Counted from the first letter of the stretch, positions 12,477-25,180 are shown. The stretch is 64,000 bases of DNA from Schizochytrium sp. TIO01 (GCA_004764695.1 SMSO01000025.1:3286001-3350000); one strand, 5' to 3'. The notes: generated by a model from the sequence alone, not told the origin. Translations and numbers: made by a program.

Positions 12477-14608
12477 CCGCCTGCGAGGGAAGAGGAATCG
12501 GGAAGAGACGGGCGAGGGTGGCTGACAGCCCGCTCGTAGCAGGTTCCGCTCGGCGCGCGAAGTGCTGGGGCGAGCGAGCTGGCCAGTTATTGGAGTTGGC
12601 CCTTTCCTTATGGATCAGTGCTGAGAATAAGCAAATAAAGTACAGACGTGCCGAGTTATAGAAGCTGCAAAGGAGGGTACATAATCACTTTCAATCTTTT
12701 CTCAACAGGCGCTGTTGTACCACAGATTGGTTCCATTATGAAGCATCTGTTGGTTTACTTGTAAGAGGGCGCTATGCCTGGAGAAGCAAGAGAGGTCTTT
12801 GGCAAGCTACTTTTTTCTTTTTCTTTTTCTTAAAAAATAATAATAATAAAGTATCGCTTTTTCCCATCATCGAGCGTGATGATGAGATGGCAGAGCGTCC
12901 ATTGTTGTTCAAGGAATATTTGTTCCCTTTAAAGTCGAGAAAACGCAATCGATCCTGGAGTGTGGAAGGAGTGAAGCTCGATCTTTGATGATAAGTTACC
13001 ATTTTTATTTTTGAAGCCTTTTCATTTTCCATTTACCTTTGATTTAGTCTAATTTTAAAACGAAGTTGAAGGGAAAGAGAGAAACCAATAGCAGAAAGAG
13101 TGAGACGTTTAGGAAGTAAAAAGGGAAAAGAAGCAGAGCAGAGGAGAGAAGAGAAGCGCAGCGCATGACTCGATGACGCTTTCAAGGTCGCTCTAAAGCA
13201 TGCGTCAGGAACCATTAGGGTGGATCGCAATATCGCATCTTAAGCTGCCTCCGCCTCGCGATCTTTGCTTCTCGAGGTCAGCCAAGCACGCACCCAGCAG
13301 ATAACGCACGCAATCTTCGCTTTCTCTTACACGAACTTGTACAGCAGGTCCGCCTCGTTTTGATCAGATTTGTACTTCTTTCTCTAAGTATCAATTTATA
13401 AAAGCAATCGAAATGGTCGCTCAGAAAGAGTTATTTACTTACTCTTTCGTGCTCCTTTGACGATTTCTCAAATAAAACAAAGAAATAGAAAAGAGAATTA
13501 ACGAGGGAAGACAACCGTGCAGCAAAACACGCGCCAGCTTAGCTGAAGGTTAGCGTTTCGGATAAGAGGACTGACTCCTGCGAGGACTGGAGCTAACTAT
13601 CTGCATCTACGCACCTACTACGCGTCTATGTATCTAATGTATCTATCATCTGTGGATCGATCGATGAGCTGTGTTTTATGATTACCTGCTTAAGTGATGG
13701 CCACAGTTTGTTCGACTTTGCAGTGCAGTGGTGGCGAGCCCTCGAGGCTTCAGGATCACCCGGAACCAGAAGAAGCTGCGGCCAGCTCCAGAGGCGACCA
13801 CGCGAGCAGCTGCCAGAGGACCTCATGGGCTAGCAGCTCCGTCTTCTTTCAGAGCACGAGGAGGGAGGTCGGCTCAGCGAGGCCACGAGTCGAGTTAGTT
13901 ATTTCCGAGGTTAGGACAGAGTCTCCTTCTTAGGGGCGCGGTAGAGATAGCTAGCCCCTAGTCCTCCATAGGCGCATGCTAGTCACCAGAGAGAGGCATG
14001 AACGGATTAGAGAAGCGGCGCATAGGAGTAAATGGTAGGTGGCGGGTAGGAGAGGATGGGAAGGGAACGAGGAAATCATCCATTGAGGAAGGTCACGGCG
14101 AACAAGGAGGCCATGAGAAAGGGCATGAAATCCGTGCCTTGAAACGTGCGGAAGAGAGGGAGGCTGCCTCGCCCAGGCCCGAAGACGGCCACAAGAGCTG
14201 CGCAGGGCCACGGAATCAGATCAGATGCAGGAGCAGCGGAGCTGCCAGAGCTTGGCCGGGGTCTAGCCGGGGAGGGAAAAGAAAAGAAAAGGAAAGAAAA
14301 GAAAAGAAAAGAAAAGAAAGGAAAAGAAAGGAAAAAAAAAAAAAAAAAAAAAAAAAGGAAAAGAAAGGAACTCGAGTAGACAGACAGTCAATGAATGAAA
14401 GAACAACTTATTGAGAAACAGCCCAGCTAATCATTCAGTAGACAGAGGGAGGAAGTCCTAGCAGGCTGAAAAAGGTGGAAGAGACGTGCCTTCCATAGTC
14501 AATCAAGGACAGACAGACACACTGACAGATTCGCATTGAGAGACAGATCGAGAGACAGATATAGACAGATAGACAGGTAGATATTATAGTTTTGAAATAT
14601 ATATATAT

Positions 14609-14654
<46 letters not shown>

Positions 14655-14968
14655 ATACTAGGAGGAAAAGGGCGCTGAAGACAGAGGTGCCACGAGCCGA
14701 CGGCACCATCCATCTCGGCAAGCCGGCCTGAATGCCTGCCTGATGAGAGGGCGAGCGAGCGTGGCTCTGAGCTCGCTTGGACGAAGGAGAGCGGAGGAAG
14801 AGCGGTATCTTGCGCTGCAGAAGCTGTCCGTAGCACAGGAGCATCAGACAGAAGCCTTTCTTGCACAGATCGATGGTCGAGGCTGCTTTTTGGCTGAGCT
14901 GGGTTCGCTTCTCTTCGAAAGTACATGAGAGAGAAAAAGAAGCGACGAGGGCCTAATAAGAGGGCGAT

Positions 14969-15060
14969 ATGAATGAATGAATGAATGATTGAATGAAGGA
15001 ATGAATGAATGAATGAATGAAGGAATGAATGAATGAATGAATGAAGGAATGAATGAATGA
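14969..15060. repeat. Interrupted (ATGA)n microsatellite
   Basis: Read directly. The same unit occurs at about 4864-4897. Confidence 0.9.
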
Positions 15061-15720
15061 AATGTATTCAATGGTCGATTCATTTGCGTCGATTGATTCA
15101 TCCATGAATTCCACATTAGTTGAAGGAGGAGAAGCCAGCCAGAGGAGACCACGGACGATCCATCGGCGGCCATCTCGTGGGAGTCGCGAAATAAATAGGA
15201 GGCAGGAAACCAACTACGCAGAGTCTTGACCGCGCAGGGAGCTGAAGGTCGGCCTGCCGAGCGGCCCAGGTGCCTAAAGTCCGGCGAGATGGAGGATACG
15301 TATCGATGATTGCACTTGACCCCGAAAACAAGCAATGAATAAATGAAGGAAAGAAAGAAAGAAAGAAAGAAAGAAGTAACTAGGCAGCTAGGCACCACCT
15401 ACTACCAGAAAAGTTTGCGTAAAAGGGAAAGAGGAAAGCACAACCTGAGGAACCCGAAAAGAGGTGGAAAAAGGGTTGTTCAAGCCGCTGTATCCATTCA
15501 ACGCGATGCAGCGAACAGGGAGAGAGAGGCTCGTAGGTGCATGCGTACGTGCAGACTTGAGCGTGTATCCAGGCACTCACATAGTCGGTTAGAGCGAGGA
15601 CCAGTGGTTGCCACGAGGTTGTACGGGCCGAAGTCCTCGTGCTGCTACAACTGGACATGCGGCAGCCAGGTTGTAGAAAAGTTTTGGAAAAAGAGGCAGT
15701 CAGCGAAAGGATAAATCAGA

Positions 15721-15762
15721 AGAGGAACTATTGGAGAGGAACTATTGAAGAGGAACTATTGA
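15721..15762. repeat. 14-bp tandem repeat x3 (AGAGGAACTATTGA)
   Basis: Copies start at 15721, 15735 and 15749. Confidence 0.9.
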
Positions 15763-16601
15763 AGGCTATTCGGTCATGCATTGATTCACTCATTCTTTCA
15801 CGCATTGATTGATTCATTGATTCATTCATTCGTTTTTATTCTTGAATTGAATTGAATTGAATTGAATTGAATGAATTGAAATATTCCCTCAATTGGAAAG
15901 TAGTATCAATTCGAAGGTCTTCATCTCTTGCTGAAGCTCTTCGAGCTCCGTGACATTAATCGGGTGATGATTTAATGCTGTTTCGCAGTATGAGAAACAG
16001 CTGTAGCTTGCTCAGAGAGCTGCGCAGCCAGTGGGCCTCTCGTTGAACAAGTCGAAGTGTCTGAATCGATTGGATGACTTGAACTCCATGATCAACTGGC
16101 GATCATTTATTCATTTATTTATTTATCTCGTTACTTGACTTTTTAAAAGACGGACTTAGTGAATTAGCGAGTTAGGTTCTAAGTTATGTTGTCGTTTGAC
16201 GGCGCTTACAAAATGCCGGCAGGCGAGCAGCGATGCGACCGCAAGCTACGGTTGTTTGTTTGTTTGTTTGTTTGTTTGTTTGTTTGTTTAATTAATTATT
16301 TGTTTGTTTGTCACAGCAGCACTTACCGGCATCCGATTTCCAGCTCCGAATCGATTGAACTTAGGTCCATGAGCCATTCCAAGATCGCATTCGATTGGTA
16401 AAAAAATTGGGTGGCGGCCTTCCAGCTCTTTTGCGTTGAGGAGTCAGAAGTCGCGTTTGATCTCGCCCACTAGCTTTTGTTTTCCTCCCAAAGTGTTTGT
16501 TTAAGCACGCACCTTTGCATGCTTCTTATCATGAATTTACTCACCTGGAAATAAACAAACAAAGAAACAAAGAAACACACAAACACATCAAATAAATGTA
16601 A

Positions 16602-16648
<47 letters not shown>

Positions 16649-18280
16649 AATACATTCACCATCAACGGTGTCATTGTCGGTGATTCGCAACCATTCGTAC
16701 CTGCAGGCGCGTACAAACTGTAGAGGAGTGAGTGAGCGGTAGCCATTCGCAGCAGAACCAAGAGCCGCCGCGACCGCTCTATCATTCTCAGATCGTAGGT
16801 AGCGAGCGCATATGATATGTCCACAGATGTTAAAGAAAGAAATAAATAAAGAAATAAATAAATAAAGAGAGAAATAAAGAAATAAATGCGCTGCTTTTCG
16901 CTCATTCGACCTTTCAAGAGCGCCATTGTCTGCGTGAAAAAGCCCACCGATGATGAGATTTGACGGATATGTGGAGGAGGACTGAGTTTCAAGCCTGAGG
17001 AAGAGGGAACTTGTGGTGGTGAAAAGGGTCCGCAGACAACCGAGTGGAGAAGCGAGCGCGCTCCCTTGCCCGGTCTCTTGAGGAGTGCCACTGATCGGCT
17101 GCCTTCGAGTCGAGTGAGTTTAGATGGCAACCAAAGGTTTGCCGATTGAGTGAGTTCTTTACTTTAGTCTGCTGATTATTGGCTCCTCGAGAGGAAGAGG
17201 GCTTAGTTAGTTAGTTAAGAAGCAATGATGCGGATCATACGCACAATCAGAGGAGCTTTGGCTTCATCGGAGCTGTTAATGGCGTTGGCGAAGCTTATAA
17301 AATCAGCTTTCATGGATGCGGTCTGTACGCAGCTCTGGTCCTGCTTCGCTATTCAGGGCCACATTGATTCTGCGGCCAATGACAGGCACATTTGAAAGAC
17401 TTACTTAGTGATGCCATTGTGTATTTTGCGTACGAATTGCTCGCAACCAGCGTGAGAAGCTAGCTAGCTAGCTAGCTAGCTATTCAATTGTCACGCTTTG
17501 CAAAAAACAAATAAACGTGCGCTTTTTCTAGCTAGCTAGCTAGCTAGCTGGTGGCGTTTGTCTCTATTTTCTCTTGCTATCTCGTTTCTTCTGATCGATG
17601 ATGGCTCAGAATTTGAACTTCTTAACTCCGCCTCGTGAGAGCGATTCTGATTCGTTTGCGTGTTGGTTTCTTTCTCTCTTTGCTTCAGTTAAGTTAATTA
17701 ATTAATTAATTAATGAAAGATGATGAAACTCAATGCGGCACATCATATCGACGACACATGTCGATTATCGCAGTAGTATCAGACAGTATCAATCAGAGTT
17801 CTTCTTCCTTTCCGTCTTTCAAAGAGCGCGCACGCGTGCGGTATAAGGATAAGCAGCTAGCTACTAAGGCGAAGAAGATGGCGCTCTGCGAGAGCGTTGA
17901 AAGAGACGAGCGTTGATTGAGGCTTCAGCGATGAGTGAGCTTACAGACGCAGCAGACACCGGCGCAGCACGCACAAGCGCACGCAAAACAGTCGCGACAC
18001 CGCTGAGCGGACCGCCCCCTGTGCGCCCAGCAACGCAATTGAACGGCTTCGCGCCGCTTGGTCCTCTCGAGCCCTCGATCAAACTCGTCACATACGCACT
18101 CTTCACATTCGCCTCTTCTTTCCTCCACTTTTCAATAGTATAGATAGATAGATACATAGATACATAGATGGGCTCTTCAAGTTCTTTTCTTTAATAATTT
18201 GTACTTACTTACTCATTCTTTCCCAATAACCTGAAAATGTGTAAATCAATCAATCAAATTAAAATCAAATGAATGAATGA

Positions 18281-18328
<48 letters not shown>

Positions 18329-18653
18329 GAGAAAGGAGGTTGCAATTTTATTTGTTGTAGAGGCGAGAAAGGCGCTTTTCTTCTTCGCTCCTGCGATCAC
18401 ACGATGCCGCCGCCGTTCATGTGTAGATATACAGACACCCTCGCGAGCAGAGAGGTGGACTTGGAGGCGCTTAGGCGCGGCTGCGGCACTGTGGCCTGCG
18501 TACGAGGCTGGCCGGAGTGAGCCTGTGCGACCGACAGTCGTCCGGCACGGGAAAGGAAAGAGAACGCGCTCATTTGTCTCTTTCGCTTTGGAAAAGCTTT
18601 ACTTATTGTTTTTACTTTGTTTGTCTCTAGAGATAGCAGAATCTTTTGAAGCA

Positions 18654-18722
18654 GAAGAAGAAGAAGAAGAAGAAGAAGAAGAAGAAGAAGAAGAAGAAGA
18701 AGAAGAAGAAGAAGAAGAAGAA
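18654..18722. repeat. (GAA)23 pure trinucleotide tract
   Basis: Read directly. It generates the spurious poly-E/K/L/S ORFs in the track. Confidence 0.95.
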
Positions 18723-21181
18723 GAGAGGTTTCCGGGAAAGCGTGAAAAGACAAGCAAATCTACAAAGAAGCTTGCTTTCAAGGATTGCCACGATTCACCA
18801 AAGGCTGAGATCGACGATCGCTCGATCGCCGAGTTTTTCCCATTGATTGGAAAATGATAGTTCTTCGTGTGTTGTTTGTTTTACGTTGCTTTGGTTTTAA
18901 TTTTTCATTGTTTTTCAACTTATACCAATAAATTGAAGCGTGAAGAAGAAATGGCCCTCGAAGAAGAGAAGAGATGTAGGCTGTTGTTCATTATTGTTTA
19001 CCATAAGCTTGCCACGCTAAAGAAACGGGCAAGAGCAGAAAGAAAGAAAGAAAGAAAGAAAAAAAGAAAGGAAACAAAGGGCAGTCAGGGCAGTCAGGTG
19101 ACGCGGAAGCGAGCAGAAATATATGCACATTCATTCATTCGCTCATTCATTCATTCTTGTTCACTCTCTCAGCCAGTTGGATGCAGCGCTCGTCTCCCTT
19201 TAAGTGCCGCGGCACCTGAACGGCTTTGCATGCACGCATTACATAGATTGCCTGTTCAAGGTTTTGTGATGAAAAGGAGACACGCTCGCTCGCTCATCAC
19301 TGATGACGCACAAATCAAGGAAAGGAGGACAGACAGAGGGAGAGAGAGAGACAGAGAGAGAGGCGGAAGGCAAGCTTGGTGCCAAGGAAGGACACGCGTT
19401 GATTGAAGCACCCTCGAAGGAGGAGATTCGCAGCCCTCTGGAAAGCCTCTCTTCTCCTTCTCACTTGAGAACTCGAATCTCTCTCCGTTTCTTTCTTCTC
19501 TATGTTATGTTCATCTTAAGTGAATTCGATGAATTTGATGAATTTACTTTTTTTTACAAACAATTCTATAAAACCAAAAATGAGAGTGAGGAATTGTGAT
19601 AACGAAGCTGGGCACCTTCGCCTGCGGAATGAAAGAGCACAGCTTTGAGTTCAGGCGCCCTATTTATTATTATCTTGAAATTAATGTAAAACAACTTTCT
19701 ATTCTTTTTTATTTATTCTATTTTATTTTATTTTATTTTTTATTCTGCTTTAAAATTTTGCAAAAGGCTGCGTTGCGGGACTCACAAAGCGCCTCGATGC
19801 AGTGCGTGCATGATTTATTTGCTGGCAGCGCAGACAGAGCACGAAAGAGAAGAAGCGCCCGACAGCCCGCCCGCTCGGACCGCCTGTCGCTCCGCCGCTA
19901 TCAGCCTGTCAGTCGGTGTGCCTGTGGCCTCTCCGGAGCGGCTCGCTCTGAGCTTGAGAAGTAAGTGAGTGCCTGTTCGCTCAGGGCCGCCATCGAACAA
20001 ATCGAGCAGCTTTAGTACCTGGTCTTTGCGAGCTTCTTCTCACGACCCCTTAGCGTAAACAGTAGCGCCTGCCTAGCCACTTGAAAAAAGAAAAGAAAAA
20101 AAGGAGAACAAATGAAAAGAAGTATAGATTGAAAAAACTGCAAAAATAATGAAAGGAAAGAAGGCTTTCTTTCAATCAATCAAAAGGCGTACTATGGACC
20201 TGAAGATAAAAGGTTGAGTTTCTGCTGTTTGTTGATGATGTTGTTGCTGTTGTTGTTGCTGCTTATTTTGGAGAAGGAGCAAGAAAAATAAAAATTAAAA
20301 AAGTAAAAAAAAAATAGAATGCGGGAAGCACCAGCTCGGGAGATGAGGAATATCGAAAGGATTGTTGATGCATGTGGTTATGGCGGATCGTGAGGGAAAT
20401 GAGGAGGAATGAGTCAGCCGAAAACCGCTCGGACGACACCTCTCTTCAGTACGTGCCATGGCCCACATTCCCTCTGAGACACACGGCGAAGAAGAAGCAA
20501 GCCGCCCCGCGCTTTTGCTTCGAGTCCTGCGATTGTCTGCCCTATTTTCATGCAATCAGGCCAGGTACATTGTTTTAGTAATTTAAGTCTCTACTTTTTC
20601 AATATTATATATATAATGTTATCCCTCTATATTTAAAATTCGAAAGTTAATAAAATAATAAGTGGCACCCTTTCTTTCAGAAATAAAAGGTTTTTTGTAT
20701 TTGTATTAACCCGCAAGGTGACACTAATTAACTGTTCGCGTAAATGAAAAAAAAAAAAAAAAAAAAAAAAAGGGAAAAGAAGGTGGCTTTGGGGTGAGAA
20801 AAAGGCTGTGGACAAGTTCCACCTCACGAGAAGCTTTCTTTTCAATCAAGCCCGTTTAGTCGTCCAGTAGAACCATTGTAATTTTATCGCATATTTTCGG
20901 CAACTGGGAGAAAGCAGCGACGTGCTTCCTCTTTTCTAAAAATAAAAGTCTTTATTAACATTATCAATGCTCTATGAATAGCCTCTACCTACTTTCAGAA
21001 CAAACCAAAGCACAGAGGGAATGGCAGAGCGCATTTTCTTTTTTCTTTTTGCTTGTTTTTGTTTGCCTCGGATTGTTGGGTGAAAAGAATAGAAAGAAGT
21101 ATTTATTTATCGTGTGTTTGTTATAATTAATTAAATAAATAAAGTATAGACCTGTTTTTCTCTCTGGAGAGCAATAAGTCT

Positions 21182-21217
<36 letters not shown>

Positions 21218-21218
21218 G
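21182..21218. repeat. (GACA)n microsatellite
   Basis: Read directly. Confidence 0.9.
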
Positions 21219-22022
21219 TCAGACAAACTCCAAATTGACGACGCTGGTCGCCAAAACCTTGAGCGAGAAAAGGTGTTGCCAGGTGACGCATACGTGAGAG
21301 CCCAGGTGATAGCACTGCTGAGGCTTGGCTCCGTGTTTGCTTCCCTCGAATCTCGCGCAACTCGTTCTCCGCGTGCCCTGAGAACCGGGAGGGAAAAGGA
21401 GGCAGGCGACTGATTGAGCGAGCGATTTTCTTCTTTTCTTCCCTCCGTGAAAAAAGAAAGAAACAAAAGAAAACAAAACCAAATAGAAGTGAAAACAAAC
21501 AAATATAAATAAATCCCTCGTGCTAAGCGTGCCCGTGAGGTCTGGCAAAACCCGAATTGCAGCACAGGCAGCGAGCGATTGAGCTAGCTGATAAAACAAG
21601 CCACGACTATTGCTATTACAGTAGCAGGCCGACTCTCCTCATCATTGAAGCGTGTTTGCACAAGTAACTATACGGATTCATTAACCTCGCAACACGCTGC
21701 TGCTGCTGTGCTCCCGGAAGCGCCGTAAAGCAAAATATACGCGCCCGCACGCACAAATTAAATATCAAGGCGCCGCTGCTGCATATTACCAGAGATACAG
21801 AGCTTTGCGTCTTGGGGATCGGCAGTAATACTACTTGCTGCTCGTTGGGCTTTTCGCTGGAATTTGGCCGAGTTGGGTTCCCGACGTGCGCCTTATTGCT
21901 TGGCTAGCGGACTACAACTGCTTCACGATTGCAAAGCTAGCTGCTTCGCTAGCTAGAGGGGAAAAGGTCAACATCATTTAGCGCAAACCGAACAGAGTTC
22001 CTCCCGCCCCGTGGCGGTGGAG

Positions 22023-23372
22023 ATGATGATGATGAATAACGATGATGCACGCAGCTTTGCCAGCTCCTCGTATGACAGCTGGTCTAGCGAGAGGAGCATG
22101 AACATGGCTCAGCCCCAGATCCCCGCTCAAATCTCCAGCGAAACTGAGATTGATACTGTACTTCAAGGTCAGGCTGGTATCGAGAACATGCGCAATGTGA
22201 ACAACAGAAACAACTCGTATGCAACAGGGAACAGCGGCCCCCATTGCCGGACCCACCGCCAGTCTTGCAATGATATCGGGAACCTCGCTCCCGAATCAAA
22301 TGTCGAGGTTATCACCTCAAGTCAAGTCCACGGATGCGGACTTCTTTGTAAATACCCACTCAAGCCCTATGAGGCTGTCTTTGTCGAAGCCCCGCTCCTT
22401 CAATTTATGCAAGGCGAAGATGTTGACTCTGTTGTTGAGGACTGCCTCACTTCCGAGCAGAAGGAAGCATTCTTCCAGCTTCAAGATACATGCAGCAGTT
22501 CAAATTTACTTGAACAATGCAGCGAAGGCTACGAGAGCGCTGATGAATCCGCTGTATCAAGGACTCGTACGTCCACCCGCTCGTCCTCAACGGTCTCAAC
22601 AATTCAACCCGTGTCTGTCTCAGCTGCGACACATACGTCGGAAAGCAGCTTTTCTGAAATTTCCTCAACATCTCCCAGGAGTGATAATAGTAGCATTCCC
22701 GAGACTGACTCAGCCGACCTTCCTGATGTAAAAACTCCCATGGGTGTTTGCCAAACAAATGCACTTCGCCTCGATGACAGGCTCTTCGCTGTGCTCAACT
22801 ATGCATCACGTATCAATCACTCCTGTAATCCTAACCTGAGCTACCGCTATGATGAGTCTCGTGGAACTGTCGAGTTTTATACTCTGCGTCATGTAAACGC
22901 TGGTGAAGAACTCTGTGTCTCGTATGTCGACCAGTCCCTTCCGAGAGATGCACGCCGTGCCATGCTTCACGAGAGATATGGCTTCACGTGTTCTTGTGAA
23001 GTATGTAGCCTCGAAGGGGAGGCACTTGCCGACTCTGAGCAGAGGCGCGAGCGCTTGGCGACTACTGATAGTGACATCTTCCAAGCTATCGAAAGACAGG
23101 AGCACGAGATGGCGCTTAACCTGATTGACGAGCGTCTGGCTCTGCTGCACCAGGAAACTGCTCTCTCTACGCCTCTCCTCCTTCTGCGCACTGAGTACGA
23201 TGCCCTTCGTGTCAATGAAGAGCTCGAATCGTTTGATGGCATGCGTAAGTGGATTGACCTAGTCATGCTTCACGCTGGGATTGCTCATGGTCTAACATCG
23301 CCAATTATGGCTCAACTCCAGAACAAACAAAATGAGATCAGATTGCAGGAAGAACTCTCCCTCTTTTGCTAA
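22023..23372 (+). CDS. SET-domain lysine methyltransferase (SMYD/Set5-like split SET with post-SET cysteines, no MYND finger seen)
   Basis: N-SET motif HGCGL, then QTNA, RINHSCNPN, GEELCVSY, post-SET YGFTCSCEVC and a helical C-terminal domain. The first ATG is 22023 (the track starts at GTG 22011). Intronless. Confidence 0.92.
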   Translation: MMMMNNDDARSFASSSYDSWSSERSMNMAQPQIPAQISSETEIDTVLQGQAGIENMRNVNNRNNSYATGNSGPHCRTHRQSCNDIGNLAPESNVEVITSSQVHGCGLLCKYPLKPYEAVFVEAPLLQFMQGEDVDSVVEDCLTSEQKEAFFQLQDTCSSSNLLEQCSEGYESADESAVSRTRTSTRSSSTVSTIQPVSVSAATHTSESSFSEISSTSPRSDNSSIPETDSADLPDVKTPMGVCQTNALRLDDRLFAVLNYASRINHSCNPNLSYRYDESRGTVEFYTLRHVNAGEELCVSYVDQSLPRDARRAMLHERYGFTCSCEVCSLEGEALADSEQRRERLATTDSDIFQAIERQEHEMALNLIDERLALLHQETALSTPLLLLRTEYDALRVNEELESFDGMRKWIDLVMLHAGIAHGLTSPIMAQLQNKQNEIRLQEELSLFC

Positions 23373-25180
23373 ACATTGTCTCATCTCTCTAAGTTCTGAT
23401 GGATGTCCGGAAAGCCGCTCTTCCTTCTATCTGCCTATCGCGATACACTCACATTTATACATATTTTCTTCACGGATGTGCCGCTATTACAAATTAAAAT
23501 ACAACCAAACTAGGGACCCATCTGGAACACCTCGTTTCTATCAATGATCCCATCTTCAAACCCCATGTCTAATGATTCCTGTCCAACTTTCTGATCTATT
23601 CTATGTAAATGCTTTCGATTTTTTTTTTTTTTAAATATATGTATTGATGATTTCAATCCTGTCTGTAATAAAGAAGCTTTCACCACTCTATCGAGTTCGG
23701 GATTACAATATTCAAGAAACAATAAGTTGCTCTTTCAAACTCATCCTTCTGTGTCTCTCCATCAGCGAAGTTAATTTTGCAGATAATCTTGGCTGAATCT
23801 GCATGTTAATATGCTAGCGTGCAAAGAATATTTTGAGAGACAATTTTGTAATGCACTAGCGTGTAAAAAAGCTCTGTCTGTCAGTTCGATACATCATCAC
23901 CAATGATGAAATTCAGCCAAGATTTCATGCTGGGACTATCTAGTTAGCACTGATTTGTAACACCAGCATTATAGAAATGTAATTCGTATTAGAGACTTCC
24001 TCAATATGTAATAGTGTGTTATTGTCTATTTTACTTGAATGTAATGGCGTATTGGTCATGCTATACTAGAAGTGGAAGGCCGACAGGCTCCCTTTAAGAA
24101 AAGAATTACAATGTATCTACCATGGTGCACCTCAGTTCAACTCAACCCAAATTCTTATGGGTGATAAATCAACAAGAGTTCTAGAGTGACCGAATTTGGG
24201 AGTTTCTAACTGACCACATATACAACAGTAAAAGAGATTCTATTCAATCATATCTATAATGGCAAGGAATTTTGCTAGTTTGTATTTTGCTTCGTTATTG
24301 CTCGATGGTGAATTAAATTAGAAAGTAAAAAAAATCAACAGCTTTTGTCTTATGTGCTCGTTTTAACTTTTTTATTTGAATCTGGTTTGTGACGAAAAGG
24401 TTCTCCTCAGAAAACTTCAACAGACGTAAGAAGGCGTTTTTTTTTTACCAGTTTCTCATCGATAGACTCCTTACTTACGAGATACATTCTCGTTGATTGT
24501 CCATCTAATGGCCCTCCGAGTCCAAATTATTGTATGAACTGATGCACCACAGGGAAAGGGTGTGTTTGCATGCAGCCAATAACATCAATATACCAGAGAA
24601 AGTCCCTAGTTTCTTGTAACTCTCTAAATTTTTCCGCAAATTTTCGGTCAAGATATTTTCTGCACCGGGTATCTATCCATGTAGAATAAAAAAGAAAAAA
24701 GGAAAGGGGCGTATACCTTCAAGGCTAGATGCTCACTCTCAGCTTGACAATTTTCGCGTATTTACCCTGGCATCTGACCTGGCGTCTCTGCTATTTAAAT
24801 CAACATTGCCAGGTCATACATTATATAAAATTTTCAGAATCAAAGAAACCAATACTCAAATACACTTTCAGATCTGTAGCACCAATGCCGCTGTTTCTTC
24901 TCTGCTCTGTGCATCTATTTTATCCAGCGTACGTAGTCTTCCTTTTTGTTTTTGTTCGTTTGTTTGCTTGTTTTTTCGGTGGAAGTAGGAGGTGTGCATG
25001 TTTGGATTGATGTTTTGTTCTGCTGATGCCATTTTGTATAGGTAACTATTCTCGATCTAGTGTAATACTACCTTGTATGAGAACTTGTTTCTATGTTGGA
25101 GCTTGTAAACCAAGATGCAATTTGATGATTTTGAGTGGGGAACGAAATTCTCCAGGGTTTTTGTGCTGAGGTAGACCTCT

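Noticed and set aside
18273-18857. 194-aa ORF with poly-Glu and KERK repeats, and similar ORFs at 11122-11536, 13998-14414, 14435-15398, 16588-17130 and 21127-21599
   Set aside because: These are translations of stop-free microsatellites, with no domain or codon-bias support.
1-22000. Telomeric repeats, rDNA, tRNA or snRNA genes, or an intact transposon or endogenous virus explaining the desert
   Set aside because: No TTAGGG arrays, rRNA/tRNA/snRNA signatures, terminal repeats, or RT/integrase/transposase/capsid motifs were recognised by eye; a covariance-model and HMM search is still needed.
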